64,000 bases of DNA from Chloroflexota bacterium (GCA_005889075.1 VBDQ01000021.1:12354-76353), one strand, 5' to 3'. Shown: positions 1-9,407, numbered from the stretch's first letter. Notes: generated by a model from the letters alone, not told the origin. Made by a program: numbers and translations.

Positions 1-1073
1 AGGCCATCCCCGCCCAGACTCAACGCGACAAGGAACGGTTGGGCGTCGATGGAGAACCGATAGCCGAATTGCTGGAAACCCACGGTGCCGTGAAAGAGGT
101 CGGGAAGGAGGGCGAGGAGAGAGGCCGCGGCCGTCGCCGCAACCGCCCCGTCGCGGCGGATCCCGCGAAGTCCGGCGAACGCCCAGAGGAACGCCGGTGT
201 CGTGAGGAAGAGGCTCATGCCGACAAAACGCGGCCGCAAGAAGAACGGCGTGCCAGCGACGAGATCCGGCGGCGCGATGAAGATCGCGTACAGCTGACGC
301 GGGAGGTAGAGCGGCGAGAAGAGGCCGTGGCTGAAGAAGATGTCACCTTCGGCCAGTCGCGCGTATCCCGCATCGAGCGGCGTCCCCCAGCGGAGCCAGT
401 CATAGGCCACGTACACGATTGCGAACGGGAGCCCGCCTCCGATCACACCGAGAAGCGCGCGTCGATATGGAATAGCGCGGCGCCGCGCATCGAGCAGCGC
501 GAGCGCCGGAAAGCACGCGGCCACCGGCAAGCGCGCGAGGGCGCTCACGCCGATGAGGGCTCCGACCGCCCAGGGAGCGCCACCTTTCGCAGCGACGGCG
601 AACGCAGCGGAGAGGAACAGCATCGCGGCCGCGTGGGCCGCATACCACGCGCGCCCATCCACGCTCGAGAAGAAGAGCGTCGTTCCGAACGCGGAGAGCA
701 GCACACCCGCGACCGCGTACGCGCGCGGCGCACCGTACGCGCGAAGTCCAAGATAGAGAATTCCCGCCGACACGCCGCCGGCGATGCGCGACGCGATCAC
801 CTGCGCGGCCGCAGTCGACGCGAACGGCACGATGGGAAGCGCGAGGATCGCCGGGAGCGGCGGGTATGCGACGCAGAAGCGTCCCTCGCCACACGAAAGA
901 AGCTCATTGAGCCACGACGGCGCCTGATCCAACCACCAGCGTCCCTCGCCCAACGCGGACGCGAGGCGCCCGTAGTAGTCGTAGTCGGTCGTGAGGCCGA
1001 TGCCCGCGCCGATGTATGCGGCGGCCGCGATCGCGGCGACGGCGATCGCGACCGCGCGGTCCGAGAGCCTCAT
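1..1073 (-). CDS. Integral-membrane glycosyltransferase, GT-C fold (ArnT/PMT-like); 3' end lies beyond the window start
   Basis: My translation of the minus strand from ATG at 1073..1071 gives MRLSDRAVAIAVAAIAAAAYIGAG...CVAYPPLPAILALPIVPF...FFLRPRFVGMSLFLTTPAFLWAF... It stays open to position 1 and has many hydrophobic spans. It is missing from the ORF track only because no stop lies in the window. It is divergent from a GT2 gene. Confidence 0.6.
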   Translation of the reverse strand, partial: MRLSDRAVAIAVAAIAAAAYIGAGIGLTTDYDYYGRLASALGEGRWWLDQAPSWLNELLSCGEGRFCVAYPPLPAILALPIVPFASTAAAQVIASRIAGGVSAGILYLGLRAYGAPRAYAVAGVLLSAFGTTLFFSSVDGRAWYAAHAAAMLFLSAAFAVAAKGGAPWAVGALIGVSALARLPVAACFPALALLDARRRAIPYRRALLGVIGGGLPFAIVYVAYDWLRWGTPLDAGYARLAEGDIFFSHGLFSPLYLPRQLYAIFIAPPDLVAGTPFFLRPRFVGMSLFLTTPAFLWAFAGLRGIRRDGAVAATAAASLLALLPDLFHGTVGFQQFGYRFSIDAQPFLVALSLGGDG

Positions 1074-1126
1074 ACCGAGAGCACCACGCTACCGCTACGC
1101 GAGCGTCGCGGTACGCTTTCGCCCCT

Positions 1127-1849
1127 GTGCCCGCACGGCTCGCGAGCCTGTCTTTCTTCTTTCCCGCCTTGAACGAAGAAGCTCACGTGCGTGCGATCGT
1201 CGATGAGGCTCTCGCCGTGCTGCCACGATTCGCGGAGGACCTCGAAGTCACCGTCGTTGACGACGGCAGCACAGACCGCACCGGTGCCATCGCCGACGAA
1301 GCCGCGGCGCGCGACCCGCGCGTCCGCGTGATCCATCACGGGAGGCGCCGCGGATACGGCGGCGCGATCCGGTCCGGCCTGCTCGCGGCGAAAGACGATT
1401 GGATCTTCTACACCGACGGCGATCGCCAGTTCGCGCTCGAGGATCTCGGCAGGCTGATCGAGGCATCCGGCGACGCTGACGCGGTCGTGGGATACCGGAT
1501 CAAGCGCGCCGACCCCGTGCGCCGCCGCTTCGTCGCGTGGGTGTACAACCGGCTCATCCGCCTGCTCTTCGGCGGCGGGTGGCGCGACGTCGACTGCGCG
1601 TTCAAGCTTTTTCGGCGCGACGTGTTCGCACGCGTCCCGCTCGCGCGCGTCCGGTCCAACGGGGCCTTCTTCTCGCCCGAGCTCCTGATCACGCTGAGGC
1701 ACAGCGGGATGCGCATCCGTCAGGTGGGCGTCCGGCATTTCCCACGCACCGCCGGGGAGGAGAAAGGCGCGACGCCACGAGTCATAGCTCGCGCGATCCG
1801 CGATCTCTTCGTGCTCCGAGCCCGCTTCTGGTCGGGACGAGCGAGCTGA
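1127..1849 (+). CDS. Family-2 glycosyltransferase (polyprenol-phosphate sugar synthase type)
   Basis: The ORF-track protein has GT2 hallmarks: FFFPALNEE, VVDDGSTDRT, RRRGYGGAIRSG, YTDGDRQF. The track start at 1016 overlaps the divergent gene, so the in-frame GTG at 1127 is preferred. The start is uncertain. Confidence 0.8.
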   Translation: MPARLASLSFFFPALNEEAHVRAIVDEALAVLPRFAEDLEVTVVDDGSTDRTGAIADEAAARDPRVRVIHHGRRRGYGGAIRSGLLAAKDDWIFYTDGDRQFALEDLGRLIEASGDADAVVGYRIKRADPVRRRFVAWVYNRLIRLLFGGGWRDVDCAFKLFRRDVFARVPLARVRSNGAFFSPELLITLRHSGMRIRQVGVRHFPRTAGEEKGATPRVIARAIRDLFVLRARFWSGRAS

Positions 1850-1852
1850 GCC

Positions 1853-2356
1853 TCAGCTCTGCTGCGGCGGCTGCTGCTCGTCAGGCAACGATTCGATGAA
1901 CTGCTTGAAGATGGCGAGCTCCGAATCATCGTTCGATTCCGCCGTGATCGCGGAGCGGTCGAGAACGCTCTCGGCGACGAGGATGCGGGCCGAGCAGCGG
2001 ACGGCGAGCGCGATCGCATCCGACGGGCGGCAATCGACCTCGATCTCACGATCCTTGAGCTGCAGGAACACGCTGCCGTGGAAGACGCCGCCGCCCTGAT
2101 CGTCGGCGACGAGATCCTTGACGACGACCCGCGTCACCTCGGCGCCCACCTTGCCGAGCATGTCGACCATCAGGTCGTGCGTCAGCGGCCGCTCGCTCGT
2201 GATGCCCGCTATCCGTGTCGCGATGCTGTAGGCCTGGTCGGGGCCGATCCAGATCGGGAGAAGGCGGCGGACGCCTTGCGCTTGAAGCAGAACGACGTGT
2301 TGATTCGTGAGCACGTGGACGCGGACCGACTCCACCGTGCACGGCACGAGCATCAT
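1853..2356 (-). CDS. Bifunctional nuclease family protein (BFN/DUF151-like)
   Basis: The translation MMLVPCTVESVRVHVLTNQHVVLLQ...RLLPIWIGPDQAYSIA...RPLTHDLMVDML...VDCRPSDAIALAVR matches the conserved BFN-domain pattern. The internal ATG at 2356 is preferred over the track start at 2386. Confidence 0.75.
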   Translation of the reverse strand: MMLVPCTVESVRVHVLTNQHVVLLQAQGVRRLLPIWIGPDQAYSIATRIAGITSERPLTHDLMVDMLGKVGAEVTRVVVKDLVADDQGGGVFHGSVFLQLKDREIEVDCRPSDAIALAVRCSARILVAESVLDRSAITAESNDDSELAIFKQFIESLPDEQQPPQQS

Positions 2357-2410
2357 CACAAGCCTACCCCGTATAAGCGGCCGCAAGGGGTGTGCCTGAG
2401 CCGTTGTTCC

Positions 2411-3106
2411 TCAAGCGAAACGAGTTCGACTCGCTTGCGAGCGCCGGAAAAGGAACAGCAGCGCGACGCCGCCGAAGAATCCGAAGAGGTGAGCGAAGTA
2501 TGCGATGTTCTCGGTCGCCTGGTGCGCGGTGAAGCGCAGCTCCGCGAGCGCGTCGATGATCTGGAGCAGGATGAACGAACCGATCACGATGAGCGCCGGC
2601 AGCTGCACGATGGTGATGAAGATCCCGAGGAAGATCAAAGTCGAGATGCGCGCACCCGGAAACATCACGAGATACGCGCCGAGCACGCCTGCGATCGCGC
2701 CGGACGCTCCGACCATCGACTCGGGCTGCACGAGACCCTGGCCGATCGCGGCGACGATGCCGCAGAGCACATAGAAGACGAGATAGGGGCCGCTGCCCAG
2801 CCGGTCCTCGACGTTGTCGCCGAAGATCCAGAGATAGAGCATGTTGCCGATGATGTGAAGCCAGCCGCCGTGAAGGAACATGTGCGTGAAGAGCGGTGCG
2901 ACCGTCGCGAGGGAGATGTTGCCGCCCGCGATCGCGCGCACAAAATCGCTCCAGTCGAACGCGTAGCGGTCGTAGAACGCCGAGACCGCCGCTGGGTTTC
3001 GGATCAGCGTGAGCGTGTAGATGAAGACGGCGACGTTGGCGGCGATCAGGAGGCGGTTGACGACCGGCGCGTGCGTGGTCGGGTTCGCGTCGCGGAGCGG
3101 GATCAC
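2411..3106 (-). CDS. Rhomboid family intramembrane serine protease
   Basis: FTHMFLHGGWLHIIGNMLYLWIFG and the catalytic GASGAIAGVLGAY motif sit in a multi-TM protein. The GTG at 3106 overlaps the stop of the upstream gene (GTGA). The longer track ORF to 3343 runs out of frame across that gene. Confidence 0.85.
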   Translation of the reverse strand: MIPLRDANPTTHAPVVNRLLIAANVAVFIYTLTLIRNPAAVSAFYDRYAFDWSDFVRAIAGGNISLATVAPLFTHMFLHGGWLHIIGNMLYLWIFGDNVEDRLGSGPYLVFYVLCGIVAAIGQGLVQPESMVGASGAIAGVLGAYLVMFPGARISTLIFLGIFITIVQLPALIVIGSFILLQIIDALAELRFTAHQATENIAYFAHLFGFFGGVALLFLFRRSQASRTRFA

Positions 3107-5403
3107 GTCTTGAGCTCGGTTGCGACGATCTTCGAGCCGTGGAGGGTGTAGATCGTGCGCGAGCCCTCCGACACGTAGAAGCCGGTCGGCTCGGGAAGGT
3201 TCGCTGGCACGGCGAAGCGGGCAATCTCGTTGCCGTCGCGCGTCATCTGGATGACGAGCCGGGCCGCCGAGTCGAGCAGGTAGATGTTGCGCTGCGAGTC
3301 GATGGCCTGGATCGCGACCGGTTTCGCGGCCGCGCCGGTCCACTTCGCCTGGAAGTCGACGCGGGTCGCCGTGAACGAGGTCGTGAGCCGGCGGTAGCGC
3401 AGGATCTCGCCCGACGTCGTCACGAGCCAGATATCGGCGTCGATGGCCAGTGACCTCGCGGTTCCAGCGGGGAGTAGGTCGGTGAGATAGCTCTGGGCGA
3501 TGCCGAAGTTCACCCCGTCGCGCGACTCATGCTTCCAGACCTGGCCCGAGGTCGCGTCGAGCACGTAGAGATTCGAGAGGAAGACCTGAAAGGCATCGAC
3601 CGTTTTCCACTTTTCCGCGTCGTCCGGCGTGACCTCCTCGACCTTGTCGCCTTGGGCGCGGAAGATCCGCTTCGTGTCGTCGATCGAATAGAGGACCTCA
3701 CCTTGCGCGGCGACCAGGCGCGACGAGCCGCTTTGATCGCCTTTGGCGAGCACGGTGCCAACCTGAGTCGGATCGCCGAAGACGCGCCAGAGGCGGCCTC
3801 CAGCGGGATCGGCGACGTAGAGGCCATTGACGTTTCCGATGATCGCGGTCGGCTTTGAAGCGGAGGCGATCGGCTTGCCGTCGGGCCCGGTAACGTGCGC
3901 GAGGTCGACGACGACCCCGGTGACACGATCGTCGAGAGCCGCGTATTGAGCGTGTAGTGCCGCGACCTTCGCCGGATCCGCGGCGGGCGAACGCGACGCC
4001 TGCTCGAGCGCGACATTCGCCTCGTCGAGCTTTTGACGGGCAGACACGTTGTCGGGCGGTTTTCGGTCGGCAAAGCGCTGCGCCGCGCTCAGCGCGCTCT
4101 CGACGTTCAGGATCGCGAGCTGGTAATCGCCGGCGACGCGATTCGCGGCGTAATCGCGATAGGCGAGCCCGCCGATGACTCCCGCGACGAGGAGCAGACC
4201 GACCGCGAGGAACGACGCCGCGCGGCGCTGCCGCCGCGATCGGTCGCGCGCGGAATCCGGCCGCCTCGGCAGCGCCGGCGCGCGCCGCGGCATGAGCTCG
4301 AAGCCGACCGCGACGGTCTTGCCGACAGCCTTCGTCGCGGGGGCTGCGGCATGGGTGATCGCTTCAGCGATGTGCGGACGGTGACGCCACATCGCGTCGA
4401 CCCGCGACCGGATCGTGTCGGCGATGACGACCTCCGTCGGCTCGACCGTGACCTCGGGCTCGGCCGTTACTCGCGCGGCGGCCGACGTGCTCGCGCTGAT
4501 CTCGATGAAGAGCGCGGCGACGCTGCCGGTGACCCCGTCGGCGACCGCGCGGTTGTGGACGTGCTCGGCGGCGGCCCGAGGATGGAGCGTCACCGCGGCG
4601 TTCTTGAGCGCCTCCGCGCCGAGACCTTCCACGAGTGCGCCGGCCGCGAGGATGAGGGTGTCACCGGGCTCGACACTTTGACGCCACACGTCGGGCAGCA
4701 CGTCGGCAACCCCTCCGAGCGATGCCGCCTCCCGCGTCGTCGTTCGGTGCACGAAGTCCGCAAGCTCGCCGGGCTCTTCGCCAGGCAGGAACAGTCGCGC
4801 GCGCCGAACGAGAAAGACCTGAGCGGTACCGATCCGCGCGGCGTACAGCTCGTTGTTGACCACCACCGCGCACGCGCAATGAAGCGCGATCCGACCGCGC
4901 TGGTCACGCAGCCGCTGCGCCGCGCGACGGTTCGCTTGCCGCAGGGCTTTGCGCAGCGAGACTTCGATGCCAGCCGAGAGGTCGTAGTAGTACTCCTGCC
5001 GCGCGAGATCTGCGACCTCGCGCGCGAGATCGGCCGCGGCATTCGTCCCGTGCTGGCGCGCGACCTCGCAGAGGAAATAAAAACGCCCCTTCGTGCGCAG
5101 CGTCGCACCCAAGGTCGGCTCGCTGGCGAGGATGACGTCGGGAGCCCCGGGGCGAACGTCCGCGGTGCTCCCCAGCTTCGTGACGAAGCTCGCTTGCCGC
5201 ATCCCGGGCGAGTCTACGGAGCGGAACGGCCGGCGGGCACCGAGCGAATCTTCGCGATCCAGCGCGGTCGTGCGTATCGCGTCGGGCCCGATCACCCGCG
5301 ATGCGGCTCCGTGCCACGCGCGGACGGCGTCCGCGCGCGCGACGTCCGTGTCGAGGCGCAGCGCGCGAAAGGCGCGCGCGAGCGCCGCAGACAGAGGCCT
5401 CAT
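3103..5403 (-). CDS. Large membrane-anchored protein: degenerate PP2C-like domain, one TM segment, C-terminal ~6-blade beta-propeller
   Basis: 766-aa ORF. It is PP2C-like in layout, but the metal-binding motifs are replaced (FYFLCEVARQHG, ARIGTAQVFLVR, GDTLILAAGAL). The TM segment is AASFLAVGLLLVAGVIGGLAY. Six repeats of the type LYVADPAGGRLWRV / LYVLDATSGQVWKH / IYLLDSAARLVIQM follow. The start is uncertain (5403 or the internal ATG about 67 codons downstream). Confidence 0.7.
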   Translation of the reverse strand: MRPLSAALARAFRALRLDTDVARADAVRAWHGAASRVIGPDAIRTTALDREDSLGARRPFRSVDSPGMRQASFVTKLGSTADVRPGAPDVILASEPTLGATLRTKGRFYFLCEVARQHGTNAAADLAREVADLARQEYYYDLSAGIEVSLRKALRQANRRAAQRLRDQRGRIALHCACAVVVNNELYAARIGTAQVFLVRRARLFLPGEEPGELADFVHRTTTREAASLGGVADVLPDVWRQSVEPGDTLILAAGALVEGLGAEALKNAAVTLHPRAAAEHVHNRAVADGVTGSVAALFIEISASTSAAARVTAEPEVTVEPTEVVIADTIRSRVDAMWRHRPHIAEAITHAAAPATKAVGKTVAVGFELMPRRAPALPRRPDSARDRSRRQRRAASFLAVGLLLVAGVIGGLAYRDYAANRVAGDYQLAILNVESALSAAQRFADRKPPDNVSARQKLDEANVALEQASRSPAADPAKVAALHAQYAALDDRVTGVVVDLAHVTGPDGKPIASASKPTAIIGNVNGLYVADPAGGRLWRVFGDPTQVGTVLAKGDQSGSSRLVAAQGEVLYSIDDTKRIFRAQGDKVEEVTPDDAEKWKTVDAFQVFLSNLYVLDATSGQVWKHESRDGVNFGIAQSYLTDLLPAGTARSLAIDADIWLVTTSGEILRYRRLTTSFTATRVDFQAKWTGAAAKPVAIQAIDSQRNIYLLDSAARLVIQMTRDGNEIARFAVPANLPEPTGFYVSEGSRTIYTLHGSKIVATELKT

Positions 5404-5419
5404 TCGGCCAATGCGGGCC

Positions 5420-6532
5420 TCAACCCTGACGTGCCACTGGCACGATCCTCGCGCGCTCTCTGAGCGACGCGGGAATGCTCGTCTCGACCGCTGCGGTCAG
5501 GAACGCCTGGGCGTCGGGTGGCAGCGCGCGGCAGAAGGCCTCGCGACGCGTGGCATCGAGCTCCGAGAGCACATCGTCCAGGAGAAAGATCGGCGTTTCG
5601 CCGGAGCGGGCACGGATCCACTCCGCCTCGGCGAGCTTGAGCGCGAGGACCGCAGAGCGCTGTTCACCGCGTGAGGCGAACGTCGGGAGAGGCCGCTCGC
5701 CGACCGCGACAGCGAGATCGTCGCGATGCGGCCCGACGAGCGTCGCGCCCTGCCAGCGCTCGCGGTCGCGCTTCTCGATGATGAGCCGGCGGTATTCCTC
5801 GGCCCGCTCCTCGATGGTCGAGGCGTGCGCCTGGCCGACGTAAGCGACATCGGGTGCAGGCTCGGCGGCGATAGCTGTGGCCGCCACGCGGAAGGATGGC
5901 CGCAGCTCGCGGACCGCGGTCTCGCGGCGCATCGAGATCGCCACGGAAAGCCGCACCAGCTCGCTATCCCAGAACGCGAGCTCGCTCTCAGGGATGGCGA
6001 CCTCGCCGTCGACGCCGGCGCGCAGCAAGGCGTTCCGCTGCTGGAGCACGCCGGCGTACGCACGCGTGTCGGCGCGGTGAGCACGATCGACCTGCGCGAC
6101 CATCGCGTCGAGATAGCGGCGGCGCGCCGATGGCGCCGAGGCGAGGAGCTCGGTGTCTTCGGGAAAGAACGCAACGACCGTGAACGTGCCGATGGCGTCG
6201 TCCGCCCGCCGCGGCGCTCCGTCGGCCGTATAGCGCCGCGGCTTGCGCCGTGCCCCCGCCGCCGGCGCGAACAACATCACCTCGAGACGCGCCGTCCCCT
6301 CCGGTCGCTCGATATCCGTCGCGGCCCGCGCGAAGGCGGCGCCCCAGCGGATAAGCTCCGCATCGTCGCTCGCGCGCGCCGAGTCGCCGCGCGCCAGCAG
6401 GTGGATCCCCTCGAGCAGGTTCGTCTTTCCGGCGCCGTTCGGTCCGACGAAGGCCGTCACGCCCTCGGCGAAGGTCATCCGAACGCGCGAGTAGCTGCGG
6501 AAATCTTCGAGCGCGAGAGCGCTGACGCGCAC
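5420..6532 (-). CDS. recF: DNA replication and repair protein RecF
   Basis: MRVSALALEDFRSY..., Walker A GPNGAGKTNLLEG, C-terminal signature LLDDVLSELD. It lies downstream of dnaN. Confidence 0.95.
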   Translation of the reverse strand: MRVSALALEDFRSYSRVRMTFAEGVTAFVGPNGAGKTNLLEGIHLLARGDSARASDDAELIRWGAAFARAATDIERPEGTARLEVMLFAPAAGARRKPRRYTADGAPRRADDAIGTFTVVAFFPEDTELLASAPSARRRYLDAMVAQVDRAHRADTRAYAGVLQQRNALLRAGVDGEVAIPESELAFWDSELVRLSVAISMRRETAVRELRPSFRVAATAIAAEPAPDVAYVGQAHASTIEERAEEYRRLIIEKRDRERWQGATLVGPHRDDLAVAVGERPLPTFASRGEQRSAVLALKLAEAEWIRARSGETPIFLLDDVLSELDATRREAFCRALPPDAQAFLTAAVETSIPASLRERARIVPVARQG

Positions 6533-6537
6533 GCCGC

Positions 6538-7665
6538 TCAGGCCGGGATGCGGAGCGGCATCACCACATGTAGGTAGCTGTCGTCGCCAACGATGCGAAC
6601 GACTCCCGGTGCCAGTGGGCCGCCGAGCTCGAGCGCGATCTCGGCCGCCGACAGGCTCTGGAGGGCGTCGGAGACGAAGCGGGAGTTGAAGGCGATCGTC
6701 GTCGGTTGACCTTCGACCGTCGCGTCGACACGACCGGTGTTGTCGCCGACCTCGGCCGCGTTGGCCGTGATCACCAGCGGCGGGTCATTCGACGGATCGA
6801 CCTGGAAGCGGAGCATGTTCGCGGCGTCGCGGGCGAAGTAGGAGGCAAGGCGCGTGGCCTTCAGGAGCTCTTCGCGCTGGGCAAGGACCTTCGTCGCGAA
6901 GCTCGACGGGATGACCTGCCGGTAGTTCGGGAACTGGCCCTCGATGATCCGGGAGACCAGGTCTGCCTCCTCGGTGTGAAAGATCACCTGGCTCTTGTTA
7001 GGAGTGATGAGGACGTCGACCGTCGCGTCGTCGCTCTCCTGCAGGATGCGCGCGACCTCGAAGAGGCTCTTTGCGGGAATGATCACCTCGATCGGTGGAT
7101 CGACACGCTCGAGGAGACGCGCGTGCCGCACGGAGAGACGGTACGGGTCGGCCGCAGCCATCGTGACCATCTCGCCCGAGAACGTGGTCAGGACCCCGGT
7201 GAGCACGGGACGGCTGTCGTCGGTGGCGGCGACGAAGGCGACCTCGTTGATCATCCGCTTGAGCGTCGACTGACCTATTCGGGTGGTCGGGCGCTCAGGG
7301 ATTTGGGGAATGATGGGGAACTCCTCGGCATCCATGCCCTTGATGTTGGCCTCGTACGGACCCGATTTGATGTGCACGGTCTTCGTGCGAACGTTGAGCG
7401 AGAGCTCGACCGACCCGGGCGGCAATGAGTTCACGAAGTCGATGAAGAGCTTTGCCGGGACGGTGATCGCGCCCTCGTCCTCGACCTTCGCTGGAACCCA
7501 GCAGTTGATCCCGACCTCGAGGTTCGTCGCAGTCAGACGGAGGCGGCCGGCGTCCGTGCGCAAGAGGACGTTCCCGAGGATCGGGAGGCTGCCCCTCGTC
7601 GAGACCCCCCGTCCGGCGATCCCAAGACCATGCGAGAGGTTCTCTTGTAAACAAACGACCTTCAC
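6538..7665 (-). CDS. dnaN: DNA polymerase III beta sliding clamp
   Basis: 375 aa, ...LPILGNVLLRTDAGRLRLTATNLEVG... The GTG start is preceded by GGGGAGGG. It sits in the conserved dnaA-dnaN-recF order. Confidence 0.95.
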   Translation of the reverse strand: MKVVCLQENLSHGLGIAGRGVSTRGSLPILGNVLLRTDAGRLRLTATNLEVGINCWVPAKVEDEGAITVPAKLFIDFVNSLPPGSVELSLNVRTKTVHIKSGPYEANIKGMDAEEFPIIPQIPERPTTRIGQSTLKRMINEVAFVAATDDSRPVLTGVLTTFSGEMVTMAAADPYRLSVRHARLLERVDPPIEVIIPAKSLFEVARILQESDDATVDVLITPNKSQVIFHTEEADLVSRIIEGQFPNYRQVIPSSFATKVLAQREELLKATRLASYFARDAANMLRFQVDPSNDPPLVITANAAEVGDNTGRVDATVEGQPTTIAFNSRFVSDALQSLSAAEIALELGGPLAPGVVRIVGDDSYLHVVMPLRIPA

Positions 7666-8012
7666 GCAACCCTCCCCGCCGTGCTCGCTAATAGATCAAT
7701 ACAACCAGTAGTGCCCGTAGTCGTGGTGTGGACTATGGGGTCCGCCCCACGGTTTGTGCTCGACGTCGTTCTGGACAGACGGTGGATGCCCTGGGGACGT
7801 CCGTGGAACCGAGCCACCGCCTTATCTCTCGACCCGACACGCGTAGGCGAAGTGAACACGCAAACGGCGCATCTGTCCACAAATTAGGCTTCTTATCCAC
7901 AGGCGAGAACGCCTTATCCACACTTTTCTCGTTGCAGGCCCGGGTGCCCAGGCCCGCTTACGTGGCGGACTGGCCTCGCCGCGGCCCTTAGCGACGCTGA
8001 CGCGGCGCCCGG
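7666..8012. promoter_or_regulatory. Candidate oriC / dnaN promoter region with a DnaA-box cluster
   Basis: dnaA-dnaN intergenic region. There are perfect TTATCCACA boxes at 7893..7901 and 7914..7922 and CTGTCCACA at 7873..7881, all in the same orientation at 20-21 bp spacing. Weaker box-like sites (TGTGGACTA, GGTGGATGC) and a locally AT-richer stretch (ctaatagatcaatacaacc, about 7688..7706) are also present. Confidence 0.6.
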
Positions 8013-9407
8013 CTAGTCGGTGTAGAGCATCTCTCGAAGGGCCCCCACATCACGGCGGAACTCGTCGTTCTCGGCCATCTCGCGCTCGATCTTCTCGCAG
8101 CCATGTAACACCGTCGAGTGGTCACGACCGCCGAGGACCTCCCCGATCCGGAGCAGCGGTGCCTCGGTCTCCTCGCGCATGAGGTACATCGCTATCTGGC
8201 GCGGAAGGACGATCTGCTTGTCACGTGCCCGGCCTTTGAGCTCGTCGATGGGCACGCCGTAATAGCGAGCCACGGTCTCCGCGATCCGCTCCGGAGACAG
8301 CGTCTTGCGCTGCGGGTTGTAGAGGATGTTTTGGAGGACCTCCTGCGCGAGCTGCGTCGTGACGGGTGACGCCTGGAGCGCGGCGTACGCGACGATCCGG
8401 GTCAGCGCGCCCTCGAGCTCGCGGATGTTCGACACGATCCGCTGCGCGAGGAAATCGATCACCGGCGGCGGCACCGCGACGTTCTGTACCTCGGCCTTCG
8501 CGCGGAGGATCGCGATGCGGGTCTCGAGGTCGGGTGTCGAGATATCGGCGATGAGCCCCCACTCGAACCGTGAGCGAAGACGATCCTCGAGTTGAATTGC
8601 CTTCGGCGGGCGATCGCTCGAGATCACGATCTGCTTGCCCTCCTCGTGGATCGCGTTGAAGGTGTGGAAAAACTCCTCCTGCGTCCCTTCCTTGCCGGCG
8701 ATGAATTGGATGTCGTCGACGAGGAGCACGTCGATCCGGCGATAGCGTTCCCGGAAGTCCTCGCCCTTTTGCGCGCGGATCGAGTTGATGAACTCGTTCG
8801 TGAACTTCTCGCTCGTGGCATACGCGACGCGCTTTTTGGGATGCCGCGCGATGACGGCATGGCCGATCGCGTGCATCAGATGCGTCTTGCCGAGGCCGGA
8901 CCCGCCGTACACGAAAAGTGGGTTGTAGCTGTGACCGGGCCGCTCGGCCACGGAAAGAGCCGCGGCGTGCGCGAGCCGGTTATTCGAGCCGACGACGAAG
9001 GTCGAAAAGGTGTAGCGCTGGTTGAGCACCGCGCTGACGGGTGCCTCGCGACGTTCCTGGGTGCTCGTCTGCTGGGCGAACGTCGACGCGGGCGCCGATC
9101 CGGGCCGCACGCCGCCGTTCGCGGACGTGACGAAGCGGACGTCGACTGTCCGCCCGAGGAGGTGCTGAAGGGTCGTGCGGACCTGCGGACGGAACTTGTT
9201 CTCGAGCCATTCGCGCGCGAACGCGTTCGGCACCCCGATGAGGAAGACATCGTCCTCTTCCGAAAGGACCTGCGTGTCTTTGAACCAGGTGTCGTACGTC
9301 GAGCGAGGAAGGCCGACCTGCAGCTCACCGAGGGCCGCAGTCCAGATCTGCTTGAGGTTCAACGGCTCCCCTTCTCTCTGCTCGTGCACGCAGCTCCCCA
9401 CATGCAA
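8013..9407 (-). CDS. dnaA: Chromosomal replication initiator DnaA
   Basis: AAA+ Walker [20 protein letters not shown] box, and a C-terminal DNA-binding domain (...[11 protein letters not shown]...[11 protein letters not shown]). The track start is TTG at 9407; in-frame GTG/TTG alternatives lie within about 15 codons. Confidence 0.95.
   Translation of the reverse strand: MHVGSCVHEQREGEPLNLKQIWTAALGELQVGLPRSTYDTWFKDTQVLSEEDDVFLIGVPNAFAREWLENKFRPQVRTTLQHLLGRTVDVRFVTSANGGVRPGSAPASTFAQQTSTQERREAPVSAVLNQRYTFSTFVVGSNNRLAHAAALSVAERPGHSYNPLFVYGGSGLGKTHLMHAIGHAVIARHPKKRVAYATSEKFTNEFINSIRAQKGEDFRERYRRIDVLLVDDIQFIAGKEGTQEEFFHTFNAIHEEGKQIVISSDRPPKAIQLEDRLRSRFEWGLIADISTPDLETRIAILRAKAEVQNVAVPPPVIDFLAQRIVSNIRELEGALTRIVAYAALQASPVTTQLAQEVLQNILYNPQRKTLSPERIAETVARYYGVPIDELKGRARDKQIVLPRQIAMYLMREETEAPLLRIGEVLGGRDHSTVLHGCEKIEREMAENDEFRRDVGALREMLYTD

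Noticed and set aside
39-1172. 377-aa plus-strand ORF, extremely Arg/Glu-rich
   Set aside because: It is antisense to a convincing multi-TM glycosyltransferase frame. Its composition is typical of off-frame translation in high-GC DNA.
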